From positions 1 to 15,227 of the forward strand of contig JANOSY010000079.1 in the NCBI GenBank assembly GCA_031416075.1: a stretch of DNA of 15,227 nucleotides, written 5' to 3'. How positions within the stretch are numbered: position 1 is the stretch's first letter; every line of letters starts with the position of its first letter. A program made the translations under genes and the position numbers. The stretch is from Candidatus Tenderia sp. (GTDB lineage: Bacteria; Pseudomonadota; Gammaproteobacteria; Tenderiales; Tenderiaceae). Below the pieces are notes generated by a model that saw only the letters and a list, made by a program, of their open reading frames with translations, searched no databases and had not been told where the DNA came from. Positions 1 to 8,331 of this stretch are shown here, in pieces.

Positions 1-495
1 GCTGGCAACCAATAGGCGCGTTTCGGACAGGCCAGACATGCAGCAACGTCCACGATAACTGCTCAATACGGCGCGGCGGAAAAAATGCTGCTTGATTCTC
101 TGTGTTGTTAGAACTTGCCGTGTTTCTCCAGTGAAATCATCCGGCAATATCTCATCGTCATCCGGCTCCAAATCATCCACGATATTCTTGTCTAGTTGTT
201 GGCGGTACAGTTGACATTCCACGGCAAGCTTTTCCCAGTCTGAGTGAAATTCAGCCCATACCTCGCGATCCAATGCCGAGTCTCCTCTCAAACCTACACG
301 TCCTGTGCTCGTAATTGCCGGATCAATGCTTGCGATGTTAAGCATTTTCATCGCAACTGCGTCAGAGGTACGACCGATAACTTTTGCCAATGCAATTATT
401 TCTGGGTTGCGCCCATGAATTCGCCCATACGGAAGCTGGCAATATAAGTGGAACGCCAGCTTTACTTGTTCTTTTGTCCAAAGCACTGTCGCCAT
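1..495 (-). CDS. Putative HNH restriction endonuclease (HNH_2/COG3440-like); 5' part only, continues beyond the window start
   Basis: Manual translation from ATG at 495 is open for 165 codons to the window edge: MATVLWTKEQVKLAFHLYCQLPYGRIHGRNPEIIALAKVIGRTSDAVAMKMLNIASIDP...DDLEPDDDEILPDDFTGETRQVLTTQRIKQHFFRRAVLSSYRGRCCMSGLSETRLLVAS. The 'R..Q..FR..VL..Y...C..SG......L.AS(H)' pattern is the entry into HNH_2 domains. The catalytic His would lie just outside the window. Confidence 0.85.
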   Translation of the reverse strand, partial: MATVLWTKEQVKLAFHLYCQLPYGRIHGRNPEIIALAKVIGRTSDAVAMKMLNIASIDPAITSTGRVGLRGDSALDREVWAEFHSDWEKLAVECQLYRQQLDKNIVDDLEPDDDEILPDDFTGETRQVLTTQRIKQHFFRRAVLSSYRGRCCMSGLSETRLLVAS

Positions 496-498
496 GAT

Positions 499-1773
499 CT
501 ATTGCGGCACAGACAAGGTAGAAGCCCTGTTTGCCGACTCCTTTGTGGAAATGAATAAAGCCATGAGTTTAGCAGTTGCTTCTATCATTGGTACAACCGC
601 AGCTTGGGAAAATAGCTTATAGGCTTGTGTATTTGACACCGAAATCCTGAACGTGTCGGGGTAGCCCATCAGCCGCGCACATTCTCTGGGCGTCAGTCGG
701 CGCGGGTTTTTCCGCGTGCCTTGATACACAAGAATGTCCGAACCGTCCTTGTAGTAGCGCGCCGATAAAGTGCGCGTCACATCACCGGGTTTGACCAAGC
801 CAAAGCCGAAGCCGTTGCCCTTGGCGCGATGCTTCGCGGCGTAATCCTGCAAGTAGCGCCAGAGGTTGTCGGTGAGGGTGTATTTGTCCAGCTGGCGCTG
901 TTTTTTGTGATCGAAAAATCTTCCTTCGTCCCACGGTAAAACAGGTTCGCTGCCGTCGGTGCGGTGCAGGATGTCCTTGAGTTTGCGCTCGCCCTTGGGC
1001 GGCAGGGGCAGCGCATCGAAATCGAATGCATCCGGTTCGCGGAAGCCGACGATGAGGATGCGCTCGCGGTGTTGCGGGACGAAGTGCGCGCCGTCTATGA
1101 CGCGATAGTGGATGTGGTAGCCGAGGTCTTCGGTCAGGGTGCGGCGGATGACCTCGAAGGTGCGGCCTTTGTCGTGCGAGACGAGGTTCTTAACGTTTTC
1201 CAGCAGGAAGGCGCGCGGGCGTTTTGCCTCGATGATGCGCGCCACGTCGAAGAACAAAGTACCTTGCGTTTCGCAGGCGAAACCGTGCGCCCTACCCAAA
1301 GCATTTTTCTTGGATACTCCGGCAATCGAAAAAGGCTGGCAGGGAAAGCCCGCCAGCAACACGTCGTGATCGGGAATGTCGGCGGCTTGCACTTGGGTAA
1401 TGTCACCGGCAATGGGGTGTGCATCGCGAAAGTTTTCGGCGTAGGTTTTTTGCGCGTAGCCATCCCATTCGCTGGTGAACACGCAACGCCCGTCGATTTG
1501 TTCAAATGCCTTGCGCAGGCCACCGATGCCCGCGAACAGGTCGATGAAATCGAAAGCGCCTTCCGGTCTGTTGTCGCCGAATGGCAACAGTTGTTGTAAT
1601 GCGTGAGCCAGATAGGCGGGAGGGGGAGTTTGTCTTGTTTCCCACCTTCTGACGGTGCGGACATCAATATCTAAATATTTGGCCAGAGCCACTTGGGTAT
1701 GGTGTTTGCGGGCTTCGTCCAGATATGAAAGCACTGTGTTTTGATCGCTGACTAAGGTGGGAGTGGCATTCAT
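499..1773 (-). CDS. dcm: DNA (cytosine-5)-methyltransferase, Dcm/M.EcoRII-like (likely CCWGG), with N-terminal Xre-type HTH
   Basis: Motif I DLFAGIGG, motif [10 protein letters not shown], motif VI ENVKNL, motif VIII QHRER, and a Dcm-like TRD ([29 protein letters not shown]). N-terminal [20 protein letters not shown] is an HTH. ATG 1773 is preferred over the track's TTG 1818 because an AGGA lies upstream of it and the TTG falls inside the predicted -10 box. Confidence 0.92.
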   Translation of the reverse strand: MNATPTLVSDQNTVLSYLDEARKHHTQVALAKYLDIDVRTVRRWETRQTPPPAYLAHALQQLLPFGDNRPEGAFDFIDLFAGIGGLRKAFEQIDGRCVFTSEWDGYAQKTYAENFRDAHPIAGDITQVQAADIPDHDVLLAGFPCQPFSIAGVSKKNALGRAHGFACETQGTLFFDVARIIEAKRPRAFLLENVKNLVSHDKGRTFEVIRRTLTEDLGYHIHYRVIDGAHFVPQHRERILIVGFREPDAFDFDALPLPPKGERKLKDILHRTDGSEPVLPWDEGRFFDHKKQRQLDKYTLTDNLWRYLQDYAAKHRAKGNGFGFGLVKPGDVTRTLSARYYKDGSDILVYQGTRKNPRRLTPRECARLMGYPDTFRISVSNTQAYKLFSQAAVVPMIEATAKLMALFISTKESANRASTLSVPQ

Positions 1774-1811
1774 GGCTATATTATTATCCTGGAATAATCT
1801 GGGAACTTTTG

Positions 1812-1826
1812 CGGACAATATGTCAT
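1812..1826. promoter_or_regulatory. Putative autorepression operator, GACA-N3-TGTC
   Basis: ATGACATATTGTCCG (minus strand) matches the M.SsoII operator AGGACAAATTGTCCT (recalled) at 12/15 positions and overlaps the -10 box. Confidence 0.55.
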
Positions 1827-1843
1827 TTTTTATACCCAGTCAA
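1815..1843 (-). promoter_or_regulatory. Sigma70 promoter of the methyltransferase-HNH operon
   Basis: Minus strand reads TTGACT (1843-1838), a 17-bp spacer, then TATTGT (1820-1815). Confidence 0.6.
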
Positions 1844-2152
1844 GATTTTGATTGATGGCTGCTGATTTGCGGTCGTGATGCGCAATACCTGCAACGATCC
1901 CGGTAGGGAACAGCTAGCTGGTATTACATGCCTCTGAGCACCACCGACAAAAAATCCATCGCGCGAAATGCGATGCGCGAAGTTCGTCATTGCGCCATCT
2001 CTGTTTATCACGGTGGCGGTAAAAAAAGGCTTGTTACTCATTGTTACGAAGGCCTTCGTGCCCAAAGCACTTTGTGGGGGCAAGCTCTTCGTGGTGAGCT
2101 TGTTGATCAATAGATAGAGGACGCTTAATGATCAATGTGTCATATCACCACT

Positions 2153-2198
2153 CCTTCGACAGGCTCAGGGCGAACGGATTTATTCATATGCTTCCTAA
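2153..2198. repeat. Single arm of a REP/MITE-like repeat (CCTTCGACAGGCTCAGGGCGAACGG...)
   Basis: Recognised from memory as a widespread bacterial intergenic repeat motif that usually occurs as inverted pairs. Only one arm is visible here. Confidence 0.55.
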
Positions 2199-2282
2199 CA
2201 GGACAGAAATACCCCCGAAATTTCCCCTTTATGTCACAAAAGGTTAATATAGCCCCGGTTACATCCCCTCTAAATATAGTGA

Positions 2283-3248
2283 ATGGATACTATGCGTTTT
2301 CTGGATTTTGAACAGCCGATTGCCGAGTTAGAAGCGAAGATTGAGGAGCTGCGCCACGTTGGCGTGGATGCCGAGCTTAATATCTCTGAAGAGATCGGCC
2401 GCCTTGAGTCAAAGAGTATTAACCTGACTGAGCAGATCTTCTCCAAACTCAACTCCTGGCAGATTTCACAGCTGGCGCGCCATCCGTTGCGCCCCTATAC
2501 CCTCGATTACATCGATCAGATCTTTACCGATTTTGAAGAGCTGCACGGTGACCGCGCTTTTGCCGATGATGCTGCCATTGTGGGTGGTGTCGCCCGCCTT
2601 GATGGGATACCGGTCATGGTCATCGGTCAGCAGAAGGGACGTGATACCAAGGAGAAGGTAAAACGTAACTTCGGCATGCCCCGTCCCGAAGGGTATCGCA
2701 AGGCGATGCGCCTGATGCAGATGGCTGAGCGTTTTAAGCTGCCGATCTTTACCTTTATTGATACTCCCGGTGCCTATCCCGGTATCGACGCCGAAGAGCG
2801 GGGTCAGAGTGAGGCGATTGCGCGCAACCTGTTTGTGATGTCCGATCTTAAAACACCGATTATCTGCACCGTTATTGGTGAGGGTGGTTCCGGTGGTGCG
2901 TTGGCCATCGGTGTGGGTGATCGCATCCTGATGTTGCAGTACTCCACCTATTCAGTGATCTCGCCAGAAGGGTGTGCCTCTATCCTCTGGAAGAGTGCTG
3001 ACAAAGCCCCGGATGCTGCGGAGGCGCTGGGGTTGACCTCTAAACGCCTGAAGGAGTTGGGGCTGATCGACCGGATTATTCAGGAGCCACGGGGTGGTGC
3101 ACACCGTAATCTGGAGAGTATGGCGTTAAGCATTAAGGGTGTCCTGGTAGAAGAGTTGGCCAAACTGCAGTCGATGAAGCTTGATGCGCTGTTAAAGGCA
3201 CGTTATCAGCGCCTGATGAGCCATGGCAAGTTTCTTGACCGTAAGTAA
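2283..3248 (+). CDS. accA: Acetyl-CoA carboxylase carboxyltransferase alpha subunit
   Basis: [70 protein letters not shown]. Confidence 0.98.
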   Translation: MDTMRFLDFEQPIAELEAKIEELRHVGVDAELNISEEIGRLESKSINLTEQIFSKLNSWQISQLARHPLRPYTLDYIDQIFTDFEELHGDRAFADDAAIVGGVARLDGIPVMVIGQQKGRDTKEKVKRNFGMPRPEGYRKAMRLMQMAERFKLPIFTFIDTPGAYPGIDAEERGQSEAIARNLFVMSDLKTPIICTVIGEGGSGGALAIGVGDRILMLQYSTYSVISPEGCASILWKSADKAPDAAEALGLTSKRLKELGLIDRIIQEPRGGAHRNLESMALSIKGVLVEELAKLQSMKLDALLKARYQRLMSHGKFLDRK

Positions 3249-3331
3249 TTCCTGACCGCTCCCTGGTTAGCGGTGTGACGGCACCCCTCTGATGGCCGGG
3301 GAGGAGGGGGTGGTGAAGACTAGGTATCTCG

Positions 3332-4687
3332 GTGGCTAACAGACTTCTCCCTTCCTCATTGTTACAGACGTTTGCGGCGCTTCCAAAAAGCGCCCATCTT
3401 TGGGTTGCCTATAGCGGTGGCTGTGACTCTCATGTTTTGCTGCATCTGTTACACCAGTTGCAACCGATGTTGCCGTTGAGGATCAGTGCGATGCATGTCA
3501 ATCATGGCCTCAGCCCTTATGCCGGAGAGTGGGCTGAACACTGTGCCAAGGTGTGTGCCGAGCTGGATATCCCTCTTTTAATCCTGAAGGTGAATGCTAA
3601 AGCGGGTGCTGGGCAGAGTCCGGAGGAGGCGGCGCGCCATGCCCGTTACCAGGCAATGGGCGAACGGTTGGCCGGGGGGGAGTACCTATGTACCGCGCAC
3701 CATCAGGATGATCAGGCCGAAACACTGTTATTGCAGCTATTGCGTGGTGCCGGTCCTAAAGGGCTGGCGGCGATGGGGATGCAGTCACCGTTGGCTCAGG
3801 CCACGCAGCTGCGGCCACTCTTGCATCTGAGTCGTGAGCAGGTTCAGGGGTATGCTGAGGAGGCGAATCTTCAGTGGGTGGATGACCACAGCAATAGCGA
3901 TACCCGCTTTGACCGTAACTATCTGCGCCATGAGATCCTGCCGCGCCTGAAGCAGCGCTGGCCTGCCGCCGCCCGTACCATCAGCCGCAGCGCTGAACAC
4001 TGTGCGGAAGCCGCAGGGCTGCTGGAGCAGCGGGCAGAAGAGGATTGGCAGCAGTGTCGTGGGCAAACGGGGCCGCTGGGGACGTCTCTCGATGTGATGA
4101 ATATCGCCGCCATGCAGCCACTGCCACTGGCTCGACAAAAAAACTTGTTGCGCCATTGGGTAGTGCTTAACGGCCTGCCACTCCCTTCCGAAATCAAGCT
4201 TCATCACATTATCAACGATGTGATGGGTGCGGCAGATGATAGGGTGCCCTGTGTCGCTTGGTCCGGCGCTGAGGTGCGCCGCTACCAGGGCCAGCTCTAC
4301 ATCATGAGGTCACTAATACCGTTTGACGCGGGTTTGGTGACCCCCTGGCAGGATATGTCACAACCGTTGTCCCTGCCTGATGGTCGTACCCTTGTTGTTA
4401 TCCCTGTTTTTGCCCAGCAGCAATCGGCGCTCAGTGGTTCCATATTGCAACAAACGGGCGTGACTATCCGTTATCGTCAGGGGGGGGAAACGTTACTGTT
4501 GCCCAATAGCGCCCACCATAAAACCTTGAAGCAGCTGTTGCAGGAGCGGGGGATTCCCCCTTGGCAGCGCGACCGCCTGCCACTGCTCTATGTGGGTGAG
4601 CAGTTACTGGCGGTAGTGGGGCTCTGCCTCACCCAGGCAGCGGTGGCCACACCCGGTGACAAAGGGTGTGCCGTGCTGCTGCGGTGA
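3332..4687 (+). CDS. tilS: tRNA(Ile)-lysidine synthetase
   Basis: PP-loop VAYSGGCDS, HVNHGL, AR.ARY, TAHHQDDQAET, RPLL, RNYLRH, C-terminal IPPWQRDRLPL. Usual position after accA. Confidence 0.97.
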   Translation: MANRLLPSSLLQTFAALPKSAHLWVAYSGGCDSHVLLHLLHQLQPMLPLRISAMHVNHGLSPYAGEWAEHCAKVCAELDIPLLILKVNAKAGAGQSPEEAARHARYQAMGERLAGGEYLCTAHHQDDQAETLLLQLLRGAGPKGLAAMGMQSPLAQATQLRPLLHLSREQVQGYAEEANLQWVDDHSNSDTRFDRNYLRHEILPRLKQRWPAAARTISRSAEHCAEAAGLLEQRAEEDWQQCRGQTGPLGTSLDVMNIAAMQPLPLARQKNLLRHWVVLNGLPLPSEIKLHHIINDVMGAADDRVPCVAWSGAEVRRYQGQLYIMRSLIPFDAGLVTPWQDMSQPLSLPDGRTLVVIPVFAQQQSALSGSILQQTGVTIRYRQGGETLLLPNSAHHKTLKQLLQERGIPPWQRDRLPLLYVGEQLLAVVGLCLTQAAVATPGDKGCAVLLR

Positions 4688-4691
4688 GCAT

Positions 4692-7600
4692 TCAATCGGC
4701 TGATCCGATGGCCAGTAACAACGCATTGCCGCCCACTGCGGCGGTGTTCACCGTCAGCACCCGCTCTGTTGCAAAGCGTAGTAGATAGTGTGGCCCACCG
4801 GCTTTGGGTCCGCTGCCGGAAAGCCCTTCGCCACCAAAGGGTTGCGACTCCACCACCGCGCCAATCATGTTGCGGTTGACGTAGGTATTGCCACAGCGGC
4901 TGTGTTGGGTGATGTAGTCGATGGTGCTATTGATACGGCTATGGATGCCCAGTGTCAGGCCGTAGCCGCTGTTATTAATCGCCTCCACTACCTCATCCAG
5001 CTTGCTGGCCTGGTAGCGAATAATGTGGAGAACGGGGCCAAAAACTTCATGTTCTAGTTGGTCGAGGTTTTTGATCTCGTATACACGGGGGGCAAAGTAG
5101 CTGCCCTGTTCACTATTTTCAGGCAGCTTGACTGTTTTGATGTGGCGCGCCTCTTTCTCCATACGATCTGCATGTTTCTGCAGGCCGTTACGGGTGGCGA
5201 TATTGATCACCGGGCCAATGTCGTTATGCATATGGATGGGGTTGCCGAGCTGTAACTCATCCATCGCCCCTTTAAGCATCTCTATTAGTTGGGGCGCAAT
5301 CTCCTCTTGTAGAAACAGTACCCGTAACGCTGAGCAGCGCTGCCCGGCGCTGTTGAAGGCTGAGCCAATCACATCCTTGACCACCTGTTCGGCCAGTGCC
5401 GAGCTATCGACGATCATGCAGTTCTGGCCGCCGGTTTCGGCAATAAGGGGGACGATACGTGGCCCCTGTGCCAGGGCTTGGTTGATTGTTCGGGCCGCGT
5501 CGCTGGAGCCGGTGAAGGCGACGCCTGCGATACGTGGATCGCTAACCAGTTTCATGCCTATTTCGCTACCGCTGCCGGGCACAAAGTGCAATACCTCTTT
5601 GGGAATGCCCGCGTTGTGTAGTAGCCGGACAACATAGGCGGCACAGAGCGGGGTGGCTGCGGCTGGCTTGGCAACAACGCAGTTGCCTGCAGCAAGTGCG
5701 GCGGCGACCTGACCGGCAAAGATGGCTGCCGGAAAGTTCCAGGGGCTGATGCAGATAAAAACACCGCGTCCGACCAGTCGCAGCTTATTGCTTTCACCGG
5801 TGACGCCGGGCAACAGGATGGGTTGATCAAATTTTTGGCGTATTTGAGCTGCGTAGTAACGGAAGAAATCGATGGCTTCGCGGACTTCGTTGAGTGAGTC
5901 GGGGATGGTGCGGCCCCCTTCGCGAATAATCAGTGACATCAGTTCGATACGGCTCTCTTCCAGCAGATCGGCGGCCTTCTCCAGCAGTTCCGCTCGCCCG
6001 CTAGCGCTGCTTTTGCTCCAGTCTGGTGCGGCTTTGCAGGCAATATTCAGCGCCTCGTCAGCGGCGGCACTGTCAGCCAGGGTAACGTCACCCACAATGT
6101 CATTATGGTTGGCGGGGTTGAGGACTGCTTGGGCTGTTGAACCGGTGAGCGTCCTGCCGTCAATGATGGGGGCCGCCTGCCAGCGTTGGGTACTTATTGA
6201 CTGCAGTGACGATTCGAGCTGCTGCAGTGTCTCTCTATCCGCCAGATTGATGCCGCTGGAGTTGAGCCGTTTGTCACCGTATAGGTGGCACGGGGCAGGG
6301 ATGTCGGGGTGGTGGCGATGGTGGGACGCCTCTGCTTCGCTGACCGGATCCGTCACCATCGCCTCTATCGGTACCTGTTCGTTGCTGATCTGGTTTACAA
6401 ACGAGCTGTTGGCACCATTTTCCAGCAGCCGTCTGACCAGATAGGGGAGCAGCTCCTTGTGGCCGCCCACGGGGGCATACACACGACAATGCAGATGGGG
6501 CATCTCTTTTAATAGCGTGTTGTAGAGCGTCTCCCCCATGCCGTGCAGTCGCTGGAATTCAAAGGGGCGTGCGCCCGCCATGGTGATGATACTGGCAACG
6601 CTGTGGGCATTGTGGGTGGCAAACTGGGGGTAGAGCCACTCACGGTTGAGGATGTGGCGGGCGCAGCCCCGGTATGAGACATCGGTGGCGATTTTACGGG
6701 TAAATACTGGATAACCACTTAGGCCGCGCTCTTGTGCCAGTTTGATTTCGGTATCCCAGTAGGCCCCTTTTACCAGTCGAACGGGGATCTGCCGCTGTTG
6801 CTGGGTGGCCAGCGCTGCTAGCCAGTCGATGACGTGGATAGCGCGCTTCTGGTACGCCTGAACGGCCATGCCCAGTCCGCTCCAACCACTCAGGGCGTCA
6901 TCGTTAAACAGTATTTCAAAAACATCGAGGGAGAGGTCGAGGCGGTCGGCCTCTTCGGCATCAATAGTCATGTTGATATTGGCTGCTTTGGCGGCCAGCG
7001 CCAGTGTCAACAGGTCGGGCACCAGCTCATCAATGACCCGTGTATGTTGGTTGTGTTCATAACGGGGGTGGAGAGCTGAGAGTTTGACGGAGATGCCGGG
7101 GTTGTTAAACAGTTCACCTTGGCCAGTATGTTTGCCAAGGGTGGTGATGGCGTGCTGGTAGGCGGCCAGATAGCGCTTTGCATCGGCGTGGGTCAGTGCC
7201 GCCTCACCAAGCATGTCAAAGGAGTGGCGATAGGGATGGTTGGCCTCATCAACACTACGTTTTAACGCCTGCTCGATGGTGGCACCGATAACAAACTCAT
7301 CGCCAATCAACCCCATGGCCCGTTTGATGGCCATGCGGATCAGCGGTTCGCCACTGCGGCTGACCATGCGGCCGAAGAGCGAGGGGGATGTGTCAGGTTT
7401 AACAATCTGGCCGGTCAGCAACAGCCCCCAGGTAGAGGCGTTGACAAACAGCGATGAACTATTGCCCAGATGGTTACGCCATTCGGCGCTGGAGAGCTTG
7501 TCCTGAATCAGTTTGTCGGCAGTGGCGGCATCGGGAATACGGAGCAGCGCTTCGGCAAGACACATCAATAGCACCCCCTCTTGACTACTGAGGTCATACT

Positions 7601-7817
7601 CCTTGAGCATTGCCCCCACACCGCCTAGTGAGCGCTCCGCCGTACGTACCTGAGTGATCAGCTGGCGTGCCTGAGTCTCTGTCTGAAGCTGCTCGGCGGC
7701 ATTGAGTCTGGCCAATGGGAGCAGGGCATCAACTGCCTCGCCTTCGTTGCCCAGATAGGCATGGTTAATTGTAGTGCGGATTGGTATCAGGGCAGCAGAA
7801 GGGGGGTTGTAAGTCAT
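4692..7817 (-). CDS. putA: Bifunctional proline dehydrogenase / L-glutamate gamma-semialdehyde dehydrogenase
   Basis: PRODH motifs SFDMLGE, DAEE, RLVKGAYWD, QFATHN, YLVRRLLENGAN. ALDH motifs ISPWNFP, FTGS, AETGGQN, GQRCSAL, EVFGP, PFGG. 1041 aa with no N-terminal RHH domain. Confidence 0.97.
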   Translation of the reverse strand: MTYNPPSAALIPIRTTINHAYLGNEGEAVDALLPLARLNAAEQLQTETQARQLITQVRTAERSLGGVGAMLKEYDLSSQEGVLLMCLAEALLRIPDAATADKLIQDKLSSAEWRNHLGNSSSLFVNASTWGLLLTGQIVKPDTSPSLFGRMVSRSGEPLIRMAIKRAMGLIGDEFVIGATIEQALKRSVDEANHPYRHSFDMLGEAALTHADAKRYLAAYQHAITTLGKHTGQGELFNNPGISVKLSALHPRYEHNQHTRVIDELVPDLLTLALAAKAANINMTIDAEEADRLDLSLDVFEILFNDDALSGWSGLGMAVQAYQKRAIHVIDWLAALATQQQRQIPVRLVKGAYWDTEIKLAQERGLSGYPVFTRKIATDVSYRGCARHILNREWLYPQFATHNAHSVASIITMAGARPFEFQRLHGMGETLYNTLLKEMPHLHCRVYAPVGGHKELLPYLVRRLLENGANSSFVNQISNEQVPIEAMVTDPVSEAEASHHRHHPDIPAPCHLYGDKRLNSSGINLADRETLQQLESSLQSISTQRWQAAPIIDGRTLTGSTAQAVLNPANHNDIVGDVTLADSAAADEALNIACKAAPDWSKSSASGRAELLEKAADLLEESRIELMSLIIREGGRTIPDSLNEVREAIDFFRYYAAQIRQKFDQPILLPGVTGESNKLRLVGRGVFICISPWNFPAAIFAGQVAAALAAGNCVVAKPAAATPLCAAYVVRLLHNAGIPKEVLHFVPGSGSEIGMKLVSDPRIAGVAFTGSSDAARTINQALAQGPRIVPLIAETGGQNCMIVDSSALAEQVVKDVIGSAFNSAGQRCSALRVLFLQEEIAPQLIEMLKGAMDELQLGNPIHMHNDIGPVINIATRNGLQKHADRMEKEARHIKTVKLPENSEQGSYFAPRVYEIKNLDQLEHEVFGPVLHIIRYQASKLDEVVEAINNSGYGLTLGIHSRINSTIDYITQHSRCGNTYVNRNMIGAVVESQPFGGEGLSGSGPKAGGPHYLLRFATERVLTVNTAAVGGNALLLAIGSAD

Positions 7818-7847
7818 GGAGTAGGGAACCTCTTTTGTTGCAGGTGA

Positions 7848-7867
7848 TTATCAGTGTCTACTGATAA
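7848..7867. promoter_or_regulatory. Inverted repeat upstream of putA, possible operator
   Basis: Perfect TTATCAGT-gtct-ACTGATAA, 30-50 bp upstream of the putA ATG. Confidence 0.4.
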
Positions 7868-7938
7868 GTTATCGTCTGTAAAGAAGTTTTTTCCAATCAG
7901 GGGGCCTGTTTTAACGAATTGTAATAGTGAGTTTCAGA

Positions 7939-7967
7939 TTGCAACTCTGGCAGATCTGGTATATTCT
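7939..7967 (+). promoter_or_regulatory. Sigma70 promoter of tRNA-Ser with GC-rich discriminator
   Basis: TTGCAA-N17-TATTCT followed by GCCGCCC, typical of stable-RNA promoters. Confidence 0.6.
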
Positions 7968-8010
7968 GCCGCCCTCGTTGCAACGGCTAAAAACGTTGTG
8001 ACGGGGTAGT

Positions 8011-8101
8011 GGAGAGATGTCCGAGCGGTTGAAGGAGCACGCCTGGAAAGCGTGTATAGGTCACAAGCCTATCGAGGGTTCGAATCCCTCTCTCTCCGCC
8101 A
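8011..8101 (+). tRNA. tRNA-Ser (anticodon GGA)
   Basis: Acceptor stem GGAGAGA/TCTCTCC, discriminator G plus encoded CCA, anticodon arm CACGC-CT-GGA-AA-GCGTG, long variable arm, T-arm GAGGG-TTCGAAT-CCCTC. Confidence 0.98.
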
Positions 8102-8331
8102 AATCCCCCTATCTCTCTAATCCTCTATTTTCCCCTCTGAATTAAACAGTTTTTCACCACACATGGCTTATTAGGGCCAGATTAAAGTCAATCAGAATAT
8201 TTCTGGCACTGTACTGGTGCAGTCAGCTTTTGTGTCTACACTGAAGGGTGTGAGTAATCGACCGTCTAGAGTATTAACATCAATTTAAATCCGGTTTTGT
8301 GATCAATGCTGCTTACCAATGGAGAGCGATT

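Noticed and set aside
244-447. 67-aa plus-strand ORF
   Set aside because: Antisense shadow of the HNH nuclease gene, which has recognisable motifs.
777-1667. Several overlapping ORFs inside the MTase gene, and similar ones inside tilS, putA, ligA and rlmM
   Set aside because: Alternate-frame or antisense ORFs expected in GC-rich coding DNA, with no motifs.
1774-1818. TTG start for the methyltransferase given by the ORF track
   Set aside because: It lies inside the predicted -10/operator. ATG 1773 has an upstream AGGA and fits the promoter.
1823-2110. 95-aa minus-strand ORF as a possible controller (C) protein
   Set aside because: No HTH or recognisable motif. It runs over the predicted MTase promoter, and the HTH is already fused to the MTase.
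3254-3312. Hairpins between accA and tilS as a terminator
   Set aside because: Stems are short or imperfect with no U-tract, and the genes are probably co-transcribed.
8204-8221. TGGCAC...GTGCA as a sigma54 promoter for the PilZ gene
   Set aside because: GG-to-GC spacing is 12 bp rather than the required 10.
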